Program-made: the position numbers and the translations under genes
Notes under the pieces: generated by a model
What the model was told of the DNA's origin: nothing
Database searches by the model: none
What the model saw: the letters and a program-made list of their open reading frames with translations, nothing else
NCBI GenBank assembly: GCA_032718475.1
Contig: JAUCBJ010004845.1
Span: forward strand, 1 to 53,632
DNA from: Nemertoderma westbladi
Lineage: Eukaryota; Animalia; Xenacoelomorpha
Reading direction: 5' to 3'
Length of the DNA stretch: 53,632 bases
Part shown: one piece after another, positions 1 through 10,480 of the stretch
Layout of the letters: each line of letters starts with the position of its first letter
How positions within the stretch are numbered: the stretch's first letter is position 1

Positions 1-649
1 GATTAAATGAAATGATTTGGTGGATGCGTCGTCGCTGATTGGGAGTGGGATGATTTGATCGTAGCTGATTCCTTCCTCTTCCAGAAGATCCGATATCATC
101 TCCTTTGAGGCTGTGAGGTCAACTCGGCCGATGTATATGTGAGCCATTCTGGGTGGCCGCGCTGTTACTGGTTGATGCTGAGAACGGGCCGCCCGCAGCG
201 ATCCGCCGGCCTTCCTTCCCCTAGTTACAGTTGAGTTGGAAGCTGAATTAACGTTGCGATTACTGGGGGTCTCCTGAGAAGGATTAGTAACTGATGCCCA
301 TGCGGTTACAGTATTCGTTGGGTTAAACCGTTGTCGACGCGATGTCGACTCTGTCGACTGGAACTTCGGCTGCTGGGGCAGTTGTAAGGACTTGACTATA
401 GGTAGGTTTAGAAGTCCTTTGTCTATGAAGTTCGTCCTTAGCATGGATAGTTTCCATTCGGGAATTAGCTAGATCGGAGTTACTCTGCGACAGTTTGCCG
501 ATAGTTGTAACAAACAACATATTCATCCTCGACAAGCCATCGGCGAAGTTTCTTTCTTCTTCGGCAGAAACACTTTTCTTCAGCTTGATAGCCCTGATAA
601 GTTCTATTAGTTCCTGCTGGATATCTGTAAATTCCTTGGCGTCGGCCAT
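1..649 (-). mobile_element. ORF1 (coiled-coil + RRM-like) of a CR1/L2-group non-LTR retrotransposon, frameshifted, running off the left edge
   Basis: ORF 323-649 (coiled-coil-like, then TYSQV). A +1 frame continues to base 1 as ...VTRGRKAGGSLRAA...PRMAHIYIGRVDLTASKEMISDLL...STKSFHLI, which matches the IxVxRL...KSF pattern of LINE ORF1 RRM domains. An A-run precedes the ATG. Confidence 0.6.
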
Positions 650-1440
650 TTTTTTTTTTTTTTATACTAGCTAGTTTTTAAAAAGTTGAAAAAAATATGA
701 AAATAGGAAAATTGAAGAACTATTTCTGTTCCAGAATCTAATATTTAATATTCTAATAACTTTTAATATCTAATAATCTAATATTTAATATAATATATAA
801 TAGTAATTAAAGCTTTTTAGCTAGTAATTAAAACAAAATTTAATCTAAAAACTTAATCTGAAAATTTTGTCACACTTCTCTTATTCAGAATTCTAGAATC
901 TTTTTTCTTTACCATGGCGGACATTTTAAACATCTCTACTTATGCGCAATATGTTTAGTTACAATTCAAAACTCAATAATTCGCAGAACTTTCACTTTAA
1001 TAAAATCATAAAAAAGCCTTAAAAGCCTATTTTGTGTAATTCCGTAACGTAATGTTTGCAATTGTTGTTAAAAATAATAAATCCGAGGCAAATGGATTAA
1101 AACTAACGAAACCAATATGTTCTCTGATAATTTGTCTTACTATGCTCCACAAATTAAAGTTCATTTAAGTTATCTTCGAAACACCAGGTAACACTTTATC
1201 TGGGAAAACTCGTGCGAAATGTAATTCTGTAACGATGAAATTCATGAGTAGCTCAGAACTGTCTTTTTATTATGTATTTTTTTGGCGCCAACCTTATAAA
1301 TTCAAATTTTGCAGCATGCAACATTTAGGCTAATTTTGTACATTATTCCTTTTGATGATTTTGTTTAAAATTCTATATGTTTAGAACTTATGCATATTAT
1401 TTCATTGTTTTTACGTACTTGAATATATTAATATGAAGTT

Positions 1441-1507
1441 AAAGATTATCCCGCTTGCTGCTACTTTTATACTAAAGATTATCCCGCTTGCTGTTTACTT
1501 TTATACT
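1441..1507. repeat. ~33-bp tandem duplication
   Basis: aaagattatcccgcttgctg-(c/tt)tacttttatact occurs twice in a row. Confidence 0.85.
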
Positions 1508-1552
1508 CTCATTGCATTTCCCTAAATCAATTCCACTTAAAACAATAAATTT

Positions 1553-1745
1553 GTTGGTTTATTATAGGTTTGTATATTATAGGTTTGTATATTATAGGTT
1601 TGTATATTATAGGTTTGTATATTATGGGTTTGTATATTATAGTTTTGTATATTATAGGTTTGTATATTATAGGTTTGTATATTATAGGTTTGTATATTAT
1701 AGGTTTGTATATTATAGGTTTGTATATTATAGGTTTGTATAATAT
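1553..1745. repeat. 15-bp minisatellite (GGTTTGTATATTATA)n, ~12-13 copies
   Basis: Direct reading; it explains the spurious YYRFV/YIIGL ORFs. Confidence 0.97.
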
Positions 1746-3906
1746 ATGGATGATATTGCTAACAAAATGATACTTTTCCTATGTAAAAAATAGCCTAATT
1801 ATTATTTTTAATAAAAACGGATGTATTTAAAATATTTACCATACAAGGCCAAATTAATGATAATCGTTAAACCATTGTATTGCTGTATTGATTGGTTAAG
1901 AAATAAATGATTTAGAATGTCACTTTAATAGTAGGAAGTGAAGTCAGAGGGGTTTCTAAATATCCATAGTGCTTCAATTATAGCAAGCTGCCATGTAAGA
2001 GGGGTGCAATGCCTAAGTAAGACATAACGCCATTCCCCTACCCTAATTTATTTTGCCAGCTTAGTTTACATTCGCTGAATTCCTCCAGCAGTTTATTGAT
2101 TAAAATTCAGTACGCCGAAGGGGTTGAATAAAGAGGGGGGTTTAGTGACTGGGGGAAACTCGATTAATGAGTACATTCAATAAACTGGATGCTGGAGGGG
2201 TGGGGTGGGGTGGGGGGGTTGGTTCGCGGATAATCAGTGACAATCTCTACATCCATTAACCTATTCAATATATCTCCCGGGCATACACTTCCCTTTGCTT
2301 AATGGTGAACTAATTACTTTAAACTATCTTTTTACTCTGATGACTTTCAATGGGTTAGATACGCCACTTGACATCCCTGGATTCACTTCATTAGACGACT
2401 CAGGAACAACATAATCAAAGAGCTCGTTTATTATTGAAAGTTGTTCTTTTTTTCTTGCAGTTTGATTGATTTTTCTTGCAGTTTGATTTTTCATGTAAGT
2501 TAATAATAAACAAATCTATGTGGAAATTTATACTTCTAGAAAACGAAATAAAGAAAATATACCAATTAAATTGTAGATGATTGCGGTATGTTGAAGTTGA
2601 TGTTCCTTACAGTATAGTTCCCCAAGCCAAGAGGGAATTGTCTTGGAGCAGCCAAGTCCTCACGATGTTAGTGGCCCAAGATTACGTGTTACCTATAGTA
2701 TTCATCAGACATTGCCACTAATAATATTTGCAGAATTCTAGTTTGTGTGAATGTAATCTCTATTTGGCATCTTTAATGGCCTCCCATGTGGGAATTATAT
2801 TATTATCTTCTCTATCAATGATAGAAATATTCCGACTGGCCTTGAGGCAGTCTGGTGTTTATGACATTGATGATATATGATATGGGTGAATGTGTCTGTG
2901 CCTCGGTGTGGCAGGGAGATTCTAGCGATCTTCCGGGAATATATGACATTAATCTGAAACTGAAATACTACACTACTGTACTCGAGGTACATTGAGTGAG
3001 TGGATTGAAATAAACCTGGGGCTATGGAATGTATATGGGGTCCCAACTGCCTTGACTGCCCAACTGCCCAGACTGCCTGAGTTTCGCTGTACAACTTTAC
3101 TTATTTTATATGTTTTTTGTTTAGGGTACGGACTATAAGTTTGCGTACAGACAGATCTGTATCACGTACAGTACTTAGTTCCAAAATAGACTTTTGCGAA
3201 CTTTGTTCCAATAGTTGCAAACTTTTCTACCAAAATACCCCGCCCCCCCCCATCCCTTCTAATAATTGGATGCCACAATAAAACAAAACTAAATTAGTCA
3301 GGAAAATTTCAAAGTAGTATAAAATTTACTAGATTTTTAAATACCGGCATAATAACAACTTTTATTGTACGATTACGATATTACGAATCGAATATATACC
3401 AACGGTCTGGGATGCTCTTTGTAGAGAATGGACAAGTTTCGTCCTGATCACCTCAAATTGCATTATCACACGGTGAAGTGTAGTAGTGTATTACTGCCCC
3501 GCCCCAGGTTGGTTTCTGGCCAATTTCTGGCCCGGATTTAACGGGCCAATTTAGCACAGATGAGTTCCTTCTAAAAAGTTTCCACTGCTTCCTAGTTGTC
3601 ATAACAACCCACCACATTAAATACTCAATAGTATACATTTAAATACAGTATGTACCGCATTATGTAGTTGAAATATAAAAGTTAATTGGAACATTTTAGT
3701 TAATTGGAACAAAGTTTGCATCCTATTTGAACAAAGTCCGTGTCTATAATTAATTGTAACATATTTCGCATCTATTGGAACAAGGTTCTCGTTTATTGGA
3801 ACAAAGTTCGCAGTTGAACTAATGTCATGGGACACAGTACATGTAACCTTACTGTATGTTGCCAAAAAACATTGATAAAACATTGACTACAAGGTTGCCT
3901 TCAAAT

Positions 3907-3920
3907 CGCCACCTAGCGGC
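3907..3920 (-). promoter_or_regulatory. CTCF-like core motif
   Basis: CGCCACCTAGCGG; reverse complement CCGCTAGGTGGCG fits the CTCF core consensus. Motif match only. Confidence 0.3.
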
Positions 3921-4482
3921 TGATAGGAATTATAGAAAACTGTCTGTGTAGGAATTGAAAATCATTTTAACCTTTCGCTTTTTAATGACAAGGTCTAACT
4001 AGATATACTAATTGGTTTTGTTGAATAGCCCCTAACTATTCTTGTAAACTGGTTTAATGCTTATGCAGTATTATTTATGCTTATGCTTATGCAGTGTGCA
4101 GATATGATTTCTGGCTCCATCCCAAATTTCGTACCAGTGATAAAATCCGTTCCCCTGTTACCATTTTTTAACGGAACGATCCTAAAATTGTAATAGTGCA
4201 ATAGTATTAATAATATAGGGACTAACTTAGATAAACATATTTTCAATATATTGTTATTTATGCTTCGCGCAGCCAACACAAACTGGAGAGTTTTTCGCGA
4301 TTTCGCCAAAATGTCATATTTCAAATGTATTTTTAAATTTGTTTCTCAATTTGCCGGAAAGTCCAGCGTGGGGAATGTTAATAATGTTAAAAAAATTCGT
4401 CAGGAGAGGTCAATTTGCCCTTCCTCCAGTGCGTGAGAAAAACTAGTCTTTTTAGGTTGGTAGGAATTTATACTGACTTATA

Positions 4483-4833
4483 TGTAATACACAGCCGTAC
4501 ATATACCGTACTGTAATACACAGCAGTACAACGCATACCGTACTGTAATACACAGCAGCACAGCGCATACCGTACTGTAATACACAGCAGCACAGCGCAT
4601 ACCGTACTGTAATACACAGCAGCACAGTGCATACCGTACTGTAATACACAACAGTAAAACGCATACCGTACTGTAATACACAGCAGCACAGCGCATACCG
4701 TACTGTAATACACAGCAGCACAGCGAATATCGTACTGTAATACACAGCAGCACAGCGCATACCGTACTGTAATACACAGCAGTACAGCGCATACAATACT
4801 GTAATACACAGCAGCACAGTGCATACCATACTG
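4483..4833. repeat. 32-bp minisatellite (GCATACCGTACTGTAATACACAGCAGCACAGC)n, ~11 copies
   Basis: Period of 32 read at 4561/4593; it explains the Cys-rich spurious ORFs. Confidence 0.96.
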
Positions 4834-5004
4834 AATAGCATAGGATACAATGCTCGATTAACAAACGAAGCTTGGCATCGTGCATTACAACTTCGGTTGG
4901 CACATCCCAATAAAATACAGCTGTGGCTTGGATGGTTCGGATTTATTGTTTTTTATATTGAAATATCAATAATAATAATATCATATTATAATGATGATAA
5001 TGGG

Positions 5005-5190
5005 AACTCGACCGCAGCAGAGCAAACTGAAGGCGGCGTCGCACGCCCCTCAGAACACAGGAAAAACCTCGCTCCCTCAACGACTGGAGTTTGGCCACGA
5101 GGGCTCCGCGATGGGGTTGATGAGGACGCGGGACGCAGGACACCAAACACCATCTTGGTACTCGCGAACGGAGTATAAGACATCCGCCGG
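5005..5190 (-). mobile_element. Decayed fragment of the C-terminal restriction-like endonuclease (RLE) region of a CRE-type non-LTR retrotransposon
   Basis: Joining frames gives RRMSYTPFAST/DGVWCPASRVLINPIAE/ALVAKLQSLRERGFSCVLRGVRRRLQFALLRS, matching the FTPxVxSTDG...RxRLSFALLRS signature. It is a GC-rich island in AT-rich DNA. Confidence 0.6.
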
Positions 5191-5320
5191 TACAGTATAT
5201 AGTTTGAAATGTAATTCAACTACAATTGTTATTATACGGTCGGTGTACAATTTATTGTAATTGAGTAACTATTATCTTACATTAATGCAATTAAATAAAT
5301 ATAGGCCTATGGTTTACACA

Positions 5321-6525
5321 TAGATAGATAGATTTATTTATTCATTATGTAAAAACAATAACAAATACACCAAACAATGTATAAAGGTATTGTCCAACAT
5401 AACATAGGATTACCCCTAAAGCTTTGCAGCTTATTTCCAAATACAATATTACACTACGCTAACCTAAAACCAATATAAAACGTAATTACACTATGTACAT
5501 GCACAACTTTACCAAAAGCGTGACAATGCCCGACTCAACGATAAAGATGTAATTTACAGAACAATTTATTATAAAACGTATTTACAGTATAAATAGTAAA
5601 TAATTAATAAACTAATAACTTACTGTAGGACTATTGTACCTATTTTTACATTGCACACGGAGGTGAGATTTAACTGCAGATTTAAAAGAATGTTGATTAT
5701 TTAGGTTTTTAATTTCATTAGGCAGAGCGTTCCAATTTTTAATACCGTCAAAAAAGAAAGTATCAGATTCGAAGGATTTACAATTCGGGAGGTAAAAGTT
5801 TGAAGCACTAGCTCTGGTACTGTAAGAGTGTGTATCGCGCACTCTGTTGAATTTTTGTTTTAGGTAATTGGGACACTTACCATTATACACTTTATGCACA
5901 TGGTTAAGGCCTATAGCTGCTTAACTCTACTATCTTATTTAAGTAGTCCAGATTCAGAAAAGTCATCTGGAGTTAGGTGGTGCCTAGGTTTGTAGTCTTT
6001 AATAAATCGTACTACTTTATTCTGAGCTACTTGTAATTTACATTTAAGCTGTTTGGTTAAGCCTTCATACCAAGAAGAGCACGCATAGTCCATGTGACAC
6101 TGTATTAAAGAAGTGCAAAGTAACTTGCGGGAGTCGGTGTTTAAACTATTTTTATTTCTGTATAGAAACCTAAGCCTACTGTTAACTTTCGAGAAAATAT
6201 TTTTCACTGTGCTTTCTCCTGATAAGCAGTTATCCAATGTGGCGCCTAAATATTTAACTTCCTTTTTATTTTCAATCTTATGTCCATTACTAGTGACTTC
6301 AAACTTTGTTACCTTCTTTAACTTTCTTTTGGAACCAAACAAAATACTTTCAGTCTTACCGTAGTGAATGGATAGCTTATTATCAACCAACCACTCATTA
6401 CAGGATTCTAGAACTGCACTTAACTTTTGGGAAATATGGATAGGATCTTTATGAGAGAAAATAAGAGCACTGTCGTCGGCATATAAAATGAGTTTAAAAT
6501 CATTTACATAGCATACAAAAAGCAG
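5321..6525 (-). mobile_element. 5'-truncated L2/CR1-group LINE (RT C-terminus, 3' UTR, microsatellite tail)
   Basis: Minus strand reads LLFVCYVND..LILYADDSALIF..WLVDNKLSIHYGKTESILFGS..KYLG..DYACSSWY..WNALP, ending in AATAAATAA(ATCT)n at ~5321-5342. Frameshift near 5900-5935. Confidence 0.9.
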
Positions 6526-7461
6526 TTTACAACTAAATTAAATAATTTTTTTTTAATTTACAAAATTAAAAAAATGTTTTTTATCTGTTTTATAGTTTGA
6601 TAGAAGGGCTTTAATATGGTGACATCGGTTTTCACCATAGAAATATTTTCTGACCACAAAACAGCACTTTTGAACTACAGTATTTATGGGAGATATTCAC
6701 GACTCTGTATAAAACAACCTTTTTCTCAGTTTGTCGATTTTGAATATCTTCATCACTAAATTCGCTTCTACTTTTTTATTTTTTACTCAATTGTCATCAA
6801 ACATATAATAAAATGTTGAGCAGCTTTAGGGTTTTTAGGGGTTATAGCTAGAATAATTGTGAGTATTGGTTTGGTAAAACACGGCCATTTGGACACTCTA
6901 GAACCGATTTTGTAACTATTACCCTTTGTCTATCACAAATATATGATTCCCAAAATATTGCCCGATAATATTAAAACGCCCATATATTTTTCCAAAAAAA
7001 TAATTTAATGCTGGAATTTTCCTAGAATATAGCCTTCATATCTATGCTTATTGTGCCAATCTCTTGAACCGAGAACTTCAATCCAGTAGTTGGTTGGAAT
7101 TACTGATCCTTAAACATGATATATTTTACATTGCCTCAAAATTGATACAATTATTGAAAAAAAATCGACCTGCACAAAAAGTGCAAAATTTTTCGAACAA
7201 ACGGATTATGAATCTATCCATACTCAATTTTTCAATGTAAAAGATCACAGATCCAAAGATTACGAAGCTCTGTTGACAAGCGGATTTATGCAGCCTATAC
7301 TCCTTCGATAAATTTCATGTAATAATAATTGTTGATAATTATTGATAATATTTGGAAACTAAATGCGAATATTTTAGAATGGGACGAACCAACTCTTTTA
7401 TGTAAGTGGCACTTTGCTTTCTTGACAATGTTGGTTTCTAATGCCTACCAGTTTGTAAGTA

Positions 7462-8298
7462 CCGGGTGTTCCATAATGATTGACCCACCCCCCCCCCCCC
7501 CCTGGCCAGCAAAAACTGCCAGACATGTACTTTAGTGTAATATATCATTCGAAAGATAATTTAATTCTGAGCTGGCATGCAAAAATTTAGGGTCCAATAC
7601 AAAAGTATACAAATTTTATAGGCAATTCTTTAAACCTATCTTACTTTCCAATATTTGCATTAATCACAATTAAAAAAAAATATAATTTATCCAGCGTTAG
7701 TCATCAGCTTTGCAGGTTGCAGGCCTGTTTAAACAGATATTACTGCCTGACTTTTGCTGTATTGCAATATATTACAGTATTCAGTTACCGGTATTAGTGT
7801 TTCTTTGGTAATTTTACTGAATTAGGCCTATCAGAAGTAATTAAAATGACAAGTTCCAGTGCAATCTTCAATGACTCTGAAGAAAAACGTATGGTTGACA
7901 GGATCAGAGATGTTACTTTTAGAGAGGGTCGTGATTCTGTGGCATAATCAAAACTGAACTCAAACCAAAACGGCCCTTTTAAGGGCCAACATCCTTTGCC
8001 ACTATCGAGAAGCTCCCCGTGATGCAAAGGGGAAACTGGCTGTAAAGCTGATGACTAAAGCTGTATAAATTATATTTTTTTAATTGTGGTTAAATAAAAA
8101 ATAATGAAAAATAAGATTGTTTTAAAGAATAGCCTATAAAATTTTTATACTTTTTTATTGGACCCTAAATTCTTGCATGCAAGCTCAGAATTAAATTCTC
8201 ATTCGAATGATATATTATACTAAGGTGCGTGTCTGGCAGTTTTAGCTGGCCAGGGGGGGGGGGGGGGGGGGGGGTGGCAATCATTATGGAACACCCGG
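7462..8298 (+). mobile_element. Internally deleted Tc1/mariner-superfamily DNA transposon with ~255-bp TIRs
   Basis: TA|CCGGGTGTTCCATAATGATTG ... CAATCATTATGGAACACCCGG|TA. The arms ~7462-7715 and ~8040-8298 are inverted copies. The centre has a short ORF relic MTSSSAIFNDSEEKRMVDRIRDVTFREGRD (7847 on). Confidence 0.9.
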
Positions 8299-9405
8299 TA
8301 CATGTATTTGTGCTTTGTTCCTTCCTATGTGCATCATTTTGCACTTGTCATTTTTAAATATCACCACAATACGATTCATTTGTAAAGGTTAAGGAGGTTG
8401 TTTTAGAGGGACCCGTAAGTTAGGTATGGGGTGTGGAAAATGTAAATCATATAACATATCATTTAGATACAAAATCATAAATCACACAAAAAATATCGAT
8501 TTGAAAATGATCCAAAATCATAAACAAAAGCAAAACGCAAAGCGGTCGATATATAAACTAGCCTAATGGTCCTCAGATTCACACCACTAACATAATTTTA
8601 TCTTTAATGCTACTTTCAGTACTCTAATTGGTTAATAAATGAATGAATCTGATAATGTTACAAGAATAGCATTATGCACTGTGTATTTGAATGTTGTTTA
8701 AATCCTTGTCATTGTTCGAATATATGTAAGTTTTATTAGGAAGGAAGGTATTTGGCACAACCATCAGCTACTGGATTCAGTTCAGGGTATTTATTGGCAT
8801 TCTACCTTGCTAATGATTTCCTGGTGTGCCTTGCCTGTCCGTTTCCATTACAGAAATAGAAGCTTCATGAGGGAGATAGATTAAGCCAATTTCCTTCTTG
8901 GAAATCACTCGTTAATTGCACATGATGCTGGGCTATATAGGGAGTCAGTAGGAGATGCCCTTGATTGATTGGTCGTTTTCCATCCTAATTAAGAATTTTA
9001 TTTGGCAGTTGAATCATTACTTTACTGGCAGGCTTTAAGGTATTAAGATAGGGCTGATCCCCCAACTTATAGGTTTAAGTCGAATAGCAGTAGATCAGAA
9101 ATGGGAACAATTTATGTCCAAGTTGAATGAATGACCAAAGATTTCGTGGACTAACGAAATAATACATGTTTTTTTTAACACGTTTTTCATGTCTAATAAA
9201 CAATACATGTTTTTTTCTTTCTACTTAACATGGGTTTCCTATTGTACTATTCTACCGGGTAGATTTGACATTGATAATGTTTGATGGTATTAAATTAATT
9301 GAATTTGTGGTGTTAAATGAAGTCCGAAAGCAGCAACCCTTTATTGCGATTGTATTTGTAATTACTAAGTAGTGTATGTGCAGTATTGGAAGAGAAAATA
9401 TAATT

Positions 9406-9703
9406 CAATATGCTCCCCATAGCGAAAAATATCAACCGGCCCTATTGGGGCTCGAACCCGGTACCTAGGTTTCAAACTTCTGGTTATCATCAGCCGGGTG
9501 AGTGTACTGAGCTACCAGACCGGATGAATATTTCGCTATGGAGTGGGAGATCATATTTAGGCCAACTAAATAATAGTATAATAGTTATTCTTTGAGGCAT
9601 GTTGATATTTTTCGCTATGGAGAGCATTATCATATTGTCTTATTTACATTGTATATTTAATACACCGCGTCACTCACCTAACAACAATTCACTTATTATT
9701 ATT
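9406..9703. mobile_element. tRNA-derived SINE-like insertion with 13-bp target-site duplication
   Basis: AGAAAATATAATT at 9393-9405 and 9704-9716. Minus-strand A-box (TAGCTCAGT) and B-box (GGTTCGAGCCC) lie within 9523-9436. (TTA)n at the right end. Confidence 0.6.
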
Positions 9704-9732
9704 AGAAAATATAATTAGCACATCAATTTTTG

Positions 9733-10070
9733 CATACTACTTTAGGATGGGCTATGGTGTATAAGTCTGAGTGGTCCACAGCACCCATTCCCATACTACT
9801 TTAGGATGGGCTATGGTGTACAAGACTGAGTGGTCCACAGCACCAATTCCCATACTACTTTAGGATGGGCTATGGTGTACAAGACTGATTGGTCCACATC
9901 ACCAATTACCATACACCATAGTACTTAGGATGGGCTATGGTGTATAAGACTGAGTGGTCCACAGCACCCATTCCCATACACCATACTACTTTAGGATGGG
10001 CTATGGTGTATAAGACTGAGTGGTCCACAGCACCCATTCCCATACTACTTTAGGATGGCCATACACCATA
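9733..10070. repeat. 59-bp minisatellite, ~5.5 copies
   Basis: CATACTACTTTAGGATGGGCTATGGTGTATAAGACTGAGTGGTCCACAGCACCCATTCC at 9733, 9792, 9851...; later units have a CATACAC insertion. Confidence 0.95.
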
Positions 10071-10268
10071 CAACTCCTTACAGTCCATACACTGCATGCA
10101 CCTCTAACCAACCACTTTACTTTAGATCTTGAGCCTAATTTTTGTTCCACCTATTAGAGGGGTGATAATAAGTGTTTATTGATGAATTTATACTAATTAG
10201 TTTATTGGAAGTATTATTAATTCCGAGAGTAATCAATTACCTTCACTCATTCATAACAAATCACTTAC

Positions 10269-10480
10269 CAGTGATGAAGCATCTTCATAAATGGAGTTCG
10301 TATAAATTTTCCAAGGCGAGATTGTGGGAATAGGGTGTAAAGTACACCTTGTAGTGGGAAGAATATGACAAATGCAAGAGGTAGACATATTCGAATAATC
10401 ATGTGCATCTGGCGAAAACCAGGAATTCCGCTGTACCAAACAGAAGCAAGCAATTGCTGACAGTGAGGATTTGCGACGAA
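10269..10480 (-). CDS. TRPC: TRPC coding exon 4 (pre-S1 region)
   Basis: ttcag|TTC GTC GCA AAT CCT CAC TGT CAG CAA (FVANPHCQQLLASVWY) ... CAT CAC TG|gtaagt; 212 bp, ends in phase 2. Confidence 0.92.

Noticed and set aside
1488-1770. YYRFV / YIIGL repeat ORFs
   Set aside because: Artefact of the 15-bp minisatellite.
2795-3094. 99-aa ORF / possible APE fragment
   Set aside because: No convincing conserved motifs on either strand.
3453-3638. IEYLMWWVV ORF as a downstream TRPC transmembrane exon
   Set aside because: Only superficial resemblance to the TRPC S2 motif; no phase-compatible splice sites or further TRPC motifs.
4452-4910. Cys-rich ORFs in three minus frames
   Set aside because: Artefact of the 32-bp tandem repeat.
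9436-9523. Functional tRNA gene
   Set aside because: D, anticodon and T arms do not pair properly; better explained as a tRNA-derived repeat.
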